Shown here piece by piece: positions 51,220 through 61,016 of a DNA stretch of 64,000 nt; position 1 is the stretch's first letter, and every line of letters begins with the position of its first letter. Location: positions 96,001 to 160,000 of the forward strand of contig JANZKC010000003.1 of assembly GCA_025061115.1 (NCBI GenBank), given 5' to 3'. Under the pieces are notes generated by a model, which saw nothing but the letters and a program-made list of their open reading frames with translations, had not been told where the DNA came from and did not search any database. The stretch comes from Candidatus Culexmicrobium cathedralense. Its GTDB lineage: Archaea > Thermoproteota > Methanomethylicia > Culexarchaeales > Culexmicrobiaceae. Both the position numbers and the translations under genes were made by a program.

Positions 51220-51873
51220 TTGGTGGCATGGTATAAACGTGTCGAAATCCCCATAATTATAACAGTAATATGCGCACTCCTTCAAATAGTTCCATACTAC
51301 CTAGACGTGCCGCAGTGGGAAGCAGTTGCAGACGACTTCAATGAATGGTCACTCGTAGTATTGACAACAGCTCTCTTCCTAGGAGCTGGCTCACTTTACT
51401 TGCTTCACATTCCAAGAGTTAAAAGACAAAGACCAGGATGGGAGTTCAGCGTAATTCTATTAGTAATAATGACAATATCGATAATCGCCGGACTACCAAT
51501 TCCTCAAATTGGACTTGGTTTATCAAATGATGTATATCAGTTTATCTATAACAACATGACTGTAGCGCTATCTTCAACAATGTATTCAATATTGGCATTC
51601 TTCATAACCTCAGCAGCCTACAGAGCATTCAAAGCTAGAAACATAGATGCAGCAATACTGCTGGTTAGCGGCACCCTAGTAATGCTTGGCAACGCACCAA
51701 TAGGAACAGCTACATGGGCAGGATTTGGCGACATCAAGAATTGGCTATTCGATGTACCGAACTTAGCAACTATGAGAGCAATTAGAATTGGAGCAGCACT
51801 AGGCACACTTGTGCTGGCTGCAAGAACATTCATGGGAGTCGAGAGAGGCTACTTCAGAGGCGGAGGTGAGTAA
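51220..51873 (+). CDS. multi-pass membrane protein (cassette copy 2, gene B)
   Basis: SAAYRAFKAR..DAAILLVSG..VMLGNAP.G, GVERGY. Confidence 0.85.
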   Translation: MVAWYKRVEIPIIITVICALLQIVPYYLDVPQWEAVADDFNEWSLVVLTTALFLGAGSLYLLHIPRVKRQRPGWEFSVILLVIMTISIIAGLPIPQIGLGLSNDVYQFIYNNMTVALSSTMYSILAFFITSAAYRAFKARNIDAAILLVSGTLVMLGNAPIGTATWAGFGDIKNWLFDVPNLATMRAIRIGAALGTLVLAARTFMGVERGYFRGGGE

Positions 51874-51874
51874 A

Positions 51875-52750
51875 ATGGGTGAAAATGAAGTAACTATTTG
51901 GGAAAAACTGGAGAACGTTGATAGGAGAATAATATACTTACTACTGTGGATAGTAGTTCTAGCACCGCTCATAAGCCCACTAAACTTGCCAGTTTCAATA
52001 AGTGAAGAAACAAAGATAGCATATCAATACATCGAAAATCTTCCTCCAGGAAGCGTGGTTGTAGTTTCACTTGACCATAGTTTTGCAGGGATGCCGGAGC
52101 TATATCCACACGACGTCGCGTTTCTACATCACCTATTCTCAAAGCCAGTTAAGATAGTTATAATAGCAATTTGGCAAGAAGGATCATTAGTCGCAGATGT
52201 TGCATTAAAGGAGCTTGCCGGAGGAGAGGACCCAAGAACAGGGATAGAGAAAATCTATGGAAAGAAGTATGGTGAAGACTGGGTATTTCTCGGATGGGTT
52301 CCAGGCGGAGAAACAGGAATGAGAGTTCTCGGACAAGATATGCACACTGCAGTTCCAGCAGACTTCTGGGGTACACCTATAACTGAATTTCCAATGATGG
52401 CTGACATAAAGACAGGCGAGGATGTAGATCTCCTCGTTACCATTGAATCGGGAACTCCAGGTGCTCCAGAGTGGATAAGACAGTGGTGGTCTGTCTATCG
52501 GACTCCAATCATCTGCGCAATAGTTGCCGTAGGTGCACCTGAGCTTGTACCAGCTAGACAAGCCGGGCAGCTAGTTGCATTGTTGCCAGGAGTTAGAGCT
52601 GCTGCCGAATACGAGCAACTTATTAAAAGACCAGGTCTAGGAACATCCCAAGCAGACGCCCTATCAACAAGTCACATACTAGTAATAATTTTCGTAATTA
52701 TAGGCAATATCGGCTACTTCAGCCTTAAAGCTAAAGGGGTGAGAAAGTAA
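51875..52750 (+). CDS. membrane-anchored protein with large soluble domain (cassette copy 2, gene C)
   Basis: ATG 51875 after GGAGGTGA; DRRIIY-TM, YGEDWVFLGWVPGGE, G.RAAAEYE.L, DALSTSH, TM. Confidence 0.85.
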   Translation: MGENEVTIWEKLENVDRRIIYLLLWIVVLAPLISPLNLPVSISEETKIAYQYIENLPPGSVVVVSLDHSFAGMPELYPHDVAFLHHLFSKPVKIVIIAIWQEGSLVADVALKELAGGEDPRTGIEKIYGKKYGEDWVFLGWVPGGETGMRVLGQDMHTAVPADFWGTPITEFPMMADIKTGEDVDLLVTIESGTPGAPEWIRQWWSVYRTPIICAIVAVGAPELVPARQAGQLVALLPGVRAAAEYEQLIKRPGLGTSQADALSTSHILVIIFVIIGNIGYFSLKAKGVRK

Positions 52751-53502
52751 TGGCTGAGCCAATTGAAGTTTTGGGAACGGCGGTTGCAGTACTATTCACT
52801 CTAGCTGTATATAGCTTCACGTACCGAGAAAATCCCTGGTCAAGATTAGCCGAGCATGTATTCGTAGGATCTGCAGTTGGCGTTCAAATAGCTATAGACT
52901 TTGACTGGCTAGTAAATAAAGCATATCCAGAGTGGGTTGGAGACCCGGCGAAAGCACCATTCTTCTGGATTGCCATTCTATTCGGCTTACTATACTACTT
53001 CTACTTCACAAAGAGATACTTCTGGCTATACAGATTCCCATTAGCAGTGTCAGTAGGCACTGGATTGGGCTTAGCAGTTAGCAGAGTAGTTAAAACTGAA
53101 TTCGTCGATCAAATAAGAGCTACTGCAGGCCTAGCATGGTACATGCCTGATGATCCGCTTGGAAGCTTCAACAACTTCCTAGTAGTAATTTCATTAGCAA
53201 CAGTACTAATATACTTCATATACAGCTATGAACTAAAAGGATCTTCAAGATTAGTCTTAACCTATGCTAGATGGATAATGATGGCCGGCTTCGGTGCGGC
53301 ATACGGCTACACCGTAATGACGAGAATGTCACTATTCATCGGCAGATGCCAATTCTTGCTAGGCATTCCTCCAAATCCACCCGAAGCCAAACCACTATTC
53401 GCAGTATTTGCAATAATAATCCTCGCAAGCCTACTAGGATACGATTACTATAAAAAGATGAAAACTACTGCTGAAGCTACAGCTACACCAACATCCTCCT
53501 AA
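52750..53502 (+). CDS. multi-pass membrane protein (cassette copy 2, gene D)
   Basis: TAATG coupling; TLAVYSF.YRENP..RLAEH.FVG, GFGA.YG.TVM.RM.L.IGR.QFLL. Confidence 0.85.
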   Translation: MAEPIEVLGTAVAVLFTLAVYSFTYRENPWSRLAEHVFVGSAVGVQIAIDFDWLVNKAYPEWVGDPAKAPFFWIAILFGLLYYFYFTKRYFWLYRFPLAVSVGTGLGLAVSRVVKTEFVDQIRATAGLAWYMPDDPLGSFNNFLVVISLATVLIYFIYSYELKGSSRLVLTYARWIMMAGFGAAYGYTVMTRMSLFIGRCQFLLGIPPNPPEAKPLFAVFAIIILASLLGYDYYKKMKTTAEATATPTSS

Positions 53503-53563
53503 ATTTCTCCGCGTTTTTTACTTTCATTCTTATCATATCACGATCTACGCTATTTTAAATTGA

Positions 53564-54637
53564 TTAAATTAGGAGTTTCTTCCCCAAAACTCTCTCGATT
53601 GGCTCATACAATTTAGAATCCTTTAATCCAGCTCCCAAAATCAACCTATCCCAATTTACTTTGCAAATTAAAACTCGCCGCCCTTCCCTAACTTCAGACG
53701 AAATAAGCGGATAACCACTTTCAACATCAAATAAATTGATAATATCTGGAAATGTTGCCAATCTTTCACCGTCAACTTCTAGAGTCATATACTCATTAAC
53801 AAACGTAACCTCAAATTTTTTACCCGCAGAATCTTCAACAATAATTGAACCCACATCAAATCCACCAGTTCTCATCAACCTATATTCAACAACCCTTCCT
53901 TCACAAACAATATCGCCATCTAAAACACTTATAGCCGCCTTAACCCTACTAACTCCATCACCAGCAGCAAGCATAGCCTCTCCAACTCTAAAAGCAAATT
54001 CTAAAGCTCCAGGAGCCCCGTTCTCAAGGGCATATTGTGATGTGACGGGATTCCTTGAAACAGCTACAACACCACCAGCCTCTATCGAAATCAACCTAAT
54101 AATTCTGTTAACAGTTTCAAGCTTACCACTAACAATAACCTCCAGAGCATCCCTCCTACTTGAGCCACCTCCAACTGCAGACTGCAACGATATATAATTC
54201 TCTAACCGATGTAAACCCATACAACCCATAAGTCCCGTTGGATGAGCCCTTCCATCACATGGACAATCTAAAACTGGAATACCTAAAATTGCAGCTTGAA
54301 GCCAACCATTCACCGTACTAAAAGCTCCGCATTCACTTGAAATTAAAGCATCAATACTAAGACCAACATTTTGCAGCAGCTCGACAGCTCTCACATGATG
54401 CCAAGGCCTAAATTCACCTTTTGACTGAACCCCAACGGCTGAAACAGTAATAACAATACCTTTAGGATCAGCTTCCTTTGGTTCTAAAATTTCCACAGGA
54501 GCTATTTTAATGGCAAGATTTCCTACTTCAAGGCCAGATGAAATGCTTCCTCCTCCACCTCCACCCAATACTGCTCCACCCAAAACATAAGCCTCAACTT
54601 CCTTCTCACTTGAAACTACACGCATACTATTCACCAC
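53564..54637 (-). CDS. DUF917 family protein
   Basis: GGAVLGGGGGG, SSECG....NGW, D.PCDGRAHPTG.MG, GGFDVG, F.NEY, ATFPD.I. Confidence 0.85.
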   Translation of the reverse strand: MVNSMRVVSSEKEVEAYVLGGAVLGGGGGGSISSGLEVGNLAIKIAPVEILEPKEADPKGIVITVSAVGVQSKGEFRPWHHVRAVELLQNVGLSIDALISSECGAFSTVNGWLQAAILGIPVLDCPCDGRAHPTGLMGCMGLHRLENYISLQSAVGGGSSRRDALEVIVSGKLETVNRIIRLISIEAGGVVAVSRNPVTSQYALENGAPGALEFAFRVGEAMLAAGDGVSRVKAAISVLDGDIVCEGRVVEYRLMRTGGFDVGSIIVEDSAGKKFEVTFVNEYMTLEVDGERLATFPDIINLFDVESGYPLISSEVREGRRVLICKVNWDRLILGAGLKDSKLYEPIERVLGKKLLI

Positions 54638-55841
54638 TACAAGAGTATGTCTGACCGCTCTTAATAATAGTTCCAGGCTGAATTAGCATATGCGCCTTAA
54701 TTCTACTATGATTTCCAATAATAGCTCCAAGCTTTGGAACCAGCTTACCTCTAACCTTAACTGGATGAAGCCTACTAACTTCAACTCCAGATGGCAATAC
54801 ATTTGAGATTGTAACTCCAGGTTCAATCACAGTGCTTCTACCAATTATTGAATCACCAACGAAGCAAAGCCTTCCAATGCTAGTGCGAGGTTGAATTACC
54901 GATCTCGAAACTTCAGCATATGCTCCAATAATACATTCATCCTCAATTGAACTATAATTCCTGATTATTGATCCAGTACCAACATACGCGTTCCTACCGA
55001 TGTAAACTGGACCCTTAATAACTGCGTTGTGGTCAACTTTTACATTATCATCAATTATAACTGGCCCCTCAATAATTGCTCTAGGCGAAATTTGAGCACT
55101 ATTACTGATAATTGTTTTTTTCACACCTTTAAGGAGGTGCTCAGCAGCCGTTATTAAGTCCCAGGGATATCCAACGTCAACCCACCATCCACTCCATAAA
55201 GCCGCAATTATCTTGGAAGTTCTCGAAATTCTATTTAATGCTTCAGTCATGTTCCAAGTTTCCTCTAAAATGCTCATGAAACTTCCAGGTAGAACATATG
55301 CACCAGCAACTGCATATTCAATTTCCTGCTCAACTTTTGGCTTCTCAACTATTGCTTCAACACTATATTCTTCATCTAAAACTGGAACGCCATAGGTGGA
55401 AACTTCTTTCTGCGGTGTAATTAAAATAGCTCCATCTCCACCTCGATCAACATATGCATTCAAAAGGATTTTATATGATTCTTTAGGTGCTATGATGTCT
55501 CCATAAGCAAGCAAAAACACTTCCCCTTCATCAATGAATTTAGCAGCCGACATTATTGCACCTTCAACTTCAGGCTTATCCTGCTTAACTATCCTCAATT
55601 CCATCTTTCCTTCATAGTTGCTTAAACTGCGTCTAAATAGTTCAACATCATTTACGACTATGATGATCTCCTTAATTCCAATACTTGCTATGGCATCCAA
55701 AGCGTAGCTAACAATAGGCTTACCTAAAAGCTTAAGCAGAGTTTTAGGATGCCCCTCCGATAAAGGTCTCATCTCCCTACCTTCACCGCCAGCCAAAACA
55801 ATTGCCTTTAAGGATCTAAATTCATTAATCACCTTCATCAC
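54627..55841 (-). CDS. sugar-phosphate nucleotidyltransferase with left-handed beta-helix (archaeal GlmU-like)
   Basis: LAGGEG..MRPL....PK, YGD, VEKP, W.DVGYPWDL, hexapeptide repeats; adjacent to glmS. Confidence 0.88.
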   Translation of the reverse strand: MMKVINEFRSLKAIVLAGGEGREMRPLSEGHPKTLLKLLGKPIVSYALDAIASIGIKEIIIVVNDVELFRRSLSNYEGKMELRIVKQDKPEVEGAIMSAAKFIDEGEVFLLAYGDIIAPKESYKILLNAYVDRGGDGAILITPQKEVSTYGVPVLDEEYSVEAIVEKPKVEQEIEYAVAGAYVLPGSFMSILEETWNMTEALNRISRTSKIIAALWSGWWVDVGYPWDLITAAEHLLKGVKKTIISNSAQISPRAIIEGPVIIDDNVKVDHNAVIKGPVYIGRNAYVGTGSIIRNYSSIEDECIIGAYAEVSRSVIQPRTSIGRLCFVGDSIIGRSTVIEPGVTISNVLPSGVEVSRLHPVKVRGKLVPKLGAIIGNHSRIKAHMLIQPGTIIKSGQTYSCSGE

Positions 55842-55842
55842 C

Positions 55843-57672
55843 TCACTCCACAGTAACAGTCTTGGCTAAATTACGCGGCTTATCAGGATCATACCCTTTA
55901 GTTACAGCTGCATAATACGCTAATAACTGCATTGGAATCACATATATTACTGGCGCAACTAGTGGGTGTAACCTAGGCATTTCAATAGACTTATCCAATA
56001 ACTTTCCAAACTGCTCCTCACCAATTGGAGTAAGTCCAATTGTAAGTGCCCCTCGAGCCTTCATCTCAGCAATGTTTCCAGCTAGACTTTTCCTATAATT
56101 ATCTAGCAGCACTGAAAAAATGACAGGGAAGTCAGGTTCAACTAAAGCTATTGGTCCATGCTTACTTTCCCCAGCGGGATAGGCTTCCGCATGAATATAT
56201 GCTATTTCTTTTAACTTGAGAGCTCCCTCCATGGATAATGGCACTCCAACTCCTCTACTCAAGTAAAATGCGCTATTAGCACTACTTAATGTTACCCCTA
56301 TCTCCTTGCACTTTGCTTCATGAGCTCTAATGATATAGCTTGCATATCTGGGCGTCTTAGCAATTTCGTCCTCAATCACTTCGACATCAACGTTAATGCG
56401 CTTTGCAGCTTCGCACGCCACTTTTAGCAATGTAATAATTTGGGTTGTGAACGTTTTGGTGGCTGCAACTCCAATTTCAGGTCCAGCTCTAGTATAAATT
56501 GCAATGTCAGATTCTCTTGGAATTGCACTATCAATTACATTTGAAACTGCAATAACCTTCATCCCTGCCTTTTTCATTTTTCTTAATGCAATTAAACTAT
56601 CAATGGTTTCTCCAGACTGGGATATTACTATTCCAACATCATCTTCACTAAAAACATTTTCATACTTCAAGAATTCAGAAGCTATAAATGCGTGCACTGG
56701 AATTCCAGCTATGCGGGTCAAAGCGTAGTCAGCAACTAATCCAGCGTGAAATGATGTTCCACAAGCAGTTATAAAGACTCTTTTAGCTTTAAGTATCAAG
56801 TCAGCTGCTTCAGCAACTTCAGCGGCGCTTAATCCTTGGAGAGTCCTTCTAATAGCAATTGGCTGCTCATGTATCTCCTTCAGCATAAAGTGGGGATAAC
56901 CGCCCTTCATGGCCATTTCAGGAGTCCAGCTAATCACTCGTACTCGAAATCTTACATTTACCTCTCCCTGATTTAAATCCTCCAGGTAAATCTTATTGGG
57001 AGATATGTATCCGAATTCACCATCCCTAACCACAATAACCCTATTAGTAAATTCGAGAAAAGCAGGAATGTCACTGGCCAAAAACTTAGCTTTGCTTCCA
57101 ATTCCAATAACGAGTGGAGAAGTCATCTTAGCGAAGAAAATCCTGTTGGGCTCTACGGCGAATATTGCTGCAAATGCAAATGCTCCCCTTAAAATCCTGA
57201 ATGCTTCTTTGATGGCTTCAATTGGGCTATAACCCCTATGTAAATATTCTTCGAGAATGTGCGGAATAACCTCAGTATCAGTTTCACTTCTAAATGAATG
57301 TCCCCTAGAAATTAAATCCTCCTTCAACTCCAAATAGTTCTGAATAATGCCATTGTGGACAACTGCTATTTCTCCTTTACAGTCGATGTGGGGATGAGCA
57401 TTGTAGTCGCTCGGCTTTCCATGAGTAGCCCACCTAGTATGTCCAATAGCTACATTGCTGTCAGCCGATTCAAAGTCCAATTTACTTGAAACCTCATCAA
57501 GCTTCCCCTTAGCCTTTCTAACCACAATTCTGGAGTTTATAAAGTCGATATATGCAAAGCCAACTGAGTCGTAGCCCCTATATTCAAGTCTTTTTAAGCA
57601 CTTCTCAATAACCTTGCCGATTGGCTCCTTAAAATATGAAGGTAATGCTGAAATTCCTATTATTCCGCACAT
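55843..57672 (-). CDS. glmS: glutamine-fructose-6-phosphate transaminase (isomerizing)
   Basis: MCGIIG, LEYRGYDS, GHTRWATHG, HNGII.NY, SQSGET, EGALKLKE, PRNLAKTVTVE. Confidence 0.97.
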   Translation of the reverse strand: MCGIIGISALPSYFKEPIGKVIEKCLKRLEYRGYDSVGFAYIDFINSRIVVRKAKGKLDEVSSKLDFESADSNVAIGHTRWATHGKPSDYNAHPHIDCKGEIAVVHNGIIQNYLELKEDLISRGHSFRSETDTEVIPHILEEYLHRGYSPIEAIKEAFRILRGAFAFAAIFAVEPNRIFFAKMTSPLVIGIGSKAKFLASDIPAFLEFTNRVIVVRDGEFGYISPNKIYLEDLNQGEVNVRFRVRVISWTPEMAMKGGYPHFMLKEIHEQPIAIRRTLQGLSAAEVAEAADLILKAKRVFITACGTSFHAGLVADYALTRIAGIPVHAFIASEFLKYENVFSEDDVGIVISQSGETIDSLIALRKMKKAGMKVIAVSNVIDSAIPRESDIAIYTRAGPEIGVAATKTFTTQIITLLKVACEAAKRINVDVEVIEDEIAKTPRYASYIIRAHEAKCKEIGVTLSSANSAFYLSRGVGVPLSMEGALKLKEIAYIHAEAYPAGESKHGPIALVEPDFPVIFSVLLDNYRKSLAGNIAEMKARGALTIGLTPIGEEQFGKLLDKSIEMPRLHPLVAPVIYVIPMQLLAYYAAVTKGYDPDKPRNLAKTVTVE

Positions 57673-57747
57673 TCAATTTCCCCAAAATAATTTTATTGCA
57701 TGTTGTTATAAATTTACTGTTTTTAACTCTAAATTAGTTTTTTGTAA

Positions 57748-57809
57748 TTCGCCTCAGCTACCCTGGAATTCTTCACCATTCAGTAGGCATGACTCACATC
57801 ATCGGCAAA
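57748..57809 (-). ncRNA. box C/D guide sRNA
   Basis: Minus strand TTTGCC-G-ATGATGT(C)-GAGTCATGCCTA-CTGA(D')-ATG-GTGAAGA(C')-ATTCCAGGGTAG-CTGA(D)-GGCGAA: two 12-nt guides, terminal stem, canonical K-turn spacing. Confidence 0.85.
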
Positions 57810-57826
57810 TAATCTTCAATTAAAAT

Positions 57827-58495
57827 TTAGAATCCGCCTTTTAAAGTTGAATACCAAGCAAAGAGGCCGGCCGCGGTAACGGGATCAACTACGGGAATTC
57901 CAGTTAATTTGTGAATCTTGCTTGAAATTCCAATTGTTGAAAATCCTGTGCATGCCAATAATATTATGTTGCACTTTTCCCTTTTCAGCTGAATTGCAGC
58001 TTCAAAAATGTACTTCTCGTTTTCTTTTCGCATTAAGTCAAGCGTAGTTTTTACTCCTTGAGGAGAAGCTTCAGCAACTAGGTTATTACCTAGAATTTCC
58101 CTTATCACTCTTGGTGTTTCACCGGTTAACGTTAACACGCCAATTCTATTCGAAATTCCGAGAGCTAAACATGCTGAAGCTGAACCAGCTCCAATTACGG
58201 GAACATGCACAATTTCTCTCAATTCTCGCACGCCTGGATCGGCGGCACAACTAACAATCAATGCATCAACATTCATCCTGATAAGCTCTTTGCCAACTTC
58301 AATTATCTTTGGAATGGCTTTCCTCTCACTTTCATCATCATAAATGCCATATGGCTGATCATCAATACACTTGCTAATAACTCTTAAGCCTGGAAAATGT
58401 TTTTCAATAATTTTACCATGAGCCTCAATTAAATCCCTGTTTTTAAGTGTTATCACCCTAATCAGGCCTATAGTCTTAACCATTAACCACACCAT
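57827..58495 (-). CDS. Asp/Glu/hydantoin racemase family protein
   Basis: Two-Cys motifs SCAADPG and LACTG, VPVIGAG, IPVVDPV. Confidence 0.88.
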   Translation of the reverse strand: MVWLMVKTIGLIRVITLKNRDLIEAHGKIIEKHFPGLRVISKCIDDQPYGIYDDESERKAIPKIIEVGKELIRMNVDALIVSCAADPGVRELREIVHVPVIGAGSASACLALGISNRIGVLTLTGETPRVIREILGNNLVAEASPQGVKTTLDLMRKENEKYIFEAAIQLKREKCNIILLACTGFSTIGISSKIHKLTGIPVVDPVTAAGLFAWYSTLKGGF

Positions 58496-58635
58496 AATTT
58501 ACATTAGTAAGTTAATTTTCTAAATATTTTCTTCATTTTTCAGTGTAGGGTTCCATCAACAATTTAGCTATAAATACTTTCAACTTAAGTTGACCTAATT
58601 ATATTATAATATTGAATAAATATAAAAAGGGAAAT

Positions 58636-60312
58636 TTAAATGGCAAATAACGATATTGCTCTTGACAGTACTTTTTCTCCTCTGTATTCTGGTAGCAATA
58701 TTGGTGATTTTCTTGTTGGCGGTATTTTCGCTTCTTTCAGCATTTCAACGTAGCGGTTAACATGTTTTAGGGATAGCTTGCCTGGCTCGACGTTTTGAAC
58801 GTATTTTGCAGCTGAAATTCCGGCAATTCTACCGAAAACAGTTACTTCTAATAGTGAATTGCCCATTAATCTATTCTTTCCGTGAACTCCTCCGCAGACT
58901 TCGCCTGCTGCGAAGAATCCTAGTATTGGTTCTCCACGTCCATTTAGTACTTGGGCGTTAACGTTTATTTCAACTCCTCCATTCATGTAGTGCAGTGTTG
59001 GGAATACGAGGACTGGTTCTTTGGTTGGGTCAATGCCGAATCTGCTGAACATCCTGTAGATTGCAGCTAGCGATTTCTTTATTGTTCCTTCACCGTGAAT
59101 CATTTCTATCATTGGAGTGTCTAGCCAAACTCCTCTCATTCCTGTTGGAGTTATTACTCCCTTGTTTCTGCCGTAGCATTCTCTAATAATTGCAGCTGCA
59201 ACTACGTCTCTTGGCTCTAGTGGGTAGATGAACTGCTCTCCGTCAGCATTTACTAGCTGAGCACCTAATCCTCTAACTTTTTCTGTTACGAGCAGGCCTA
59301 CTATCTGCTCCGGATAGGCTGCCCCAGTTGGATGATATTGCGTTGCATCAAGATCTCTTAGTCTTGCTCCAACTCTGTAAGCCATTACTACTCCATCCAT
59401 TGTTGCGCCATAGTGGTTGGTTGTTGGGAAGTTTTGAATGTGAAGTCTGCCAAATCCTCCTGTTGTTAGAATGACTGCCTTTCCTCTAGCTATGCGGTAC
59501 TCTTTAGTCTCTAGATTCCATAGAACTGCTCCAGTAACTCTTCCTGTATCTGGCTCGGTTAAAAGTTCAACTGCAGGCGAGAACTCGACGACGCGAATGC
59601 CTCTATTTAAAACTTCATCCATTAGAACTCGCATTATTTCAAGTCCTGTGTAGTCCTTGCATGCATGTAGCCTCTTTCTACATGTTCCTCCACCAGAAAG
59701 CTCTATCATGTTTCCTTCTTCATCCTTGTCGAACATCACTCCAAGATCTTCAAGCCACTTTATTATGAATGGAGCATTTTCAACTAGAGTTTTTACCAGT
59801 TCCGGCTTATTCGCATAGTGTCCTCCACCCATGACATCTATAAAGTGAAGTATTGGACTGTCATTTGGCCTGTCGGCAGCCTGTATTCCTCCTTGAGCCA
59901 TCTTGGTATTTGCATCTCCAAATCTGAGTTTAGTGGCAATTAGAATTCTATCGGCTGGAATTCCACTATTATTTGCCCATAAAGCTGCTGAGGCTCCAGC
60001 TCCTCCTCCACCTATAATTAATATGTCCACATCATAGTCGATTTTACTTAAGTCTATGTTGCTTGGGTCAATTAGTGGATAAGCTTCAATTAGGTCTGCA
60101 ACTTCATGAGGTACAATTAAACCTTTACTTGGACCAATTTTCAGCGGCCTCTTCCCTTCAGGCCTATAATCTGGGTGCCACTCCTTCAAGAGCTTATCCT
60201 TCTCTTCAGGTGATATTCTTGGAAAAGCTTCTTTCAACCTTCTATCTCTAGTCTCTTCAACTTTCTCTATTGACCGTCTCATTTCCTCCGAATATGTACT
60301 TTCGTAAGTCAT
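58636..60312 (-). CDS. fumarate reductase/succinate dehydrogenase-family flavoprotein (soluble, TfrA-like)
   Basis: GGGGAG, NTKMAQGG, QYHPTG, TEKVRG.G, PRDVVA, HYMNGG, GGVHGKNRLMGNSL. Confidence 0.9.
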   Translation of the reverse strand: MTYESTYSEEMRRSIEKVEETRDRRLKEAFPRISPEEKDKLLKEWHPDYRPEGKRPLKIGPSKGLIVPHEVADLIEAYPLIDPSNIDLSKIDYDVDILIIGGGGAGASAALWANNSGIPADRILIATKLRFGDANTKMAQGGIQAADRPNDSPILHFIDVMGGGHYANKPELVKTLVENAPFIIKWLEDLGVMFDKDEEGNMIELSGGGTCRKRLHACKDYTGLEIMRVLMDEVLNRGIRVVEFSPAVELLTEPDTGRVTGAVLWNLETKEYRIARGKAVILTTGGFGRLHIQNFPTTNHYGATMDGVVMAYRVGARLRDLDATQYHPTGAAYPEQIVGLLVTEKVRGLGAQLVNADGEQFIYPLEPRDVVAAAIIRECYGRNKGVITPTGMRGVWLDTPMIEMIHGEGTIKKSLAAIYRMFSRFGIDPTKEPVLVFPTLHYMNGGVEINVNAQVLNGRGEPILGFFAAGEVCGGVHGKNRLMGNSLLEVTVFGRIAGISAAKYVQNVEPGKLSLKHVNRYVEMLKEAKIPPTRKSPILLPEYRGEKVLSRAISLFAI

Positions 60313-60323
60313 ACATTCACCTC

Positions 60324-61016
60324 CTACGTTTCGATCTCCCTCGACTCATAAAGCTTCTTCAACTCCTCAATGCTCATTTTAGTTAGCTTTTCCAGTTCCT
60401 CCTTGTACTTGCCTTGAAGTATTTCATTTATCCTCTCTTCTAAGTGCTTGGCCTTCTTGGATAAGTACTTTCCATAAAGCCTTCTAACTAGCTGGAAAAC
60501 TTGGTAGTGAACTATTTCCGCTGGACATCTAATGCTACATATTCCACAAGCTATGCAGTCGAAGCTTAGTTCAGCTGCTTTAATTAAATTTCCTCTAATT
60601 AGTGATTGAATTGCATCCATAACTTCCAGGTTTTGTGGGCAAGACTTGGTACATGTATTGCAAGCAACGCACCTAGTTATTTCGGGGAATATGGAGAGCA
60701 CGGTTGAAGCAGTTGGCCTCAGCTTTTCAATATCGTATTTTGGCTTTTCAGCTGGAACGAACGGTATCTGAACTAGGTACATTCCCTCTTGAACTGTTGT
60801 TTGGCATGCAAGTCCAGTATATAACTTATAATCATTCCCAATTCTATACACGGTTGCACATGCTCCGCAGAATCCGCCTCTGCATCCGCATCCTCGAATA
60901 AATTTGTAGCCTGCATACTCCATTGCCTTCATTATGGTTAGTCCTTCTGGAACTTCGTACATTTTGCCCATGATGTATATTTTAACCATCTTAATTTTCT
61001 TCTCTTCATTACTCAT
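60324..61016 (-). CDS. 2Fe-2S plus two-4Fe-4S iron-sulfur subunit (SdhB/TfrB N-terminal-like)
   Basis: GCRGGFCGAC...LAC; CVACNTCTKSCP; CIACGICSIRCP. Confidence 0.88.
   Translation of the reverse strand: MSNEEKKIKMVKIYIMGKMYEVPEGLTIMKAMEYAGYKFIRGCGCRGGFCGACATVYRIGNDYKLYTGLACQTTVQEGMYLVQIPFVPAEKPKYDIEKLRPTASTVLSIFPEITRCVACNTCTKSCPQNLEVMDAIQSLIRGNLIKAAELSFDCIACGICSIRCPAEIVHYQVFQLVRRLYGKYLSKKAKHLEERINEILQGKYKEELEKLTKMSIEELKKLYESREIET

Noticed and set aside
57673-57826. glmS ribozyme upstream of glmS
   Set aside because: No ribozyme core seen and the region is short; the structured part is a C/D sRNA and glmS has its own TATA-like TTTATAA about 30 nt upstream.
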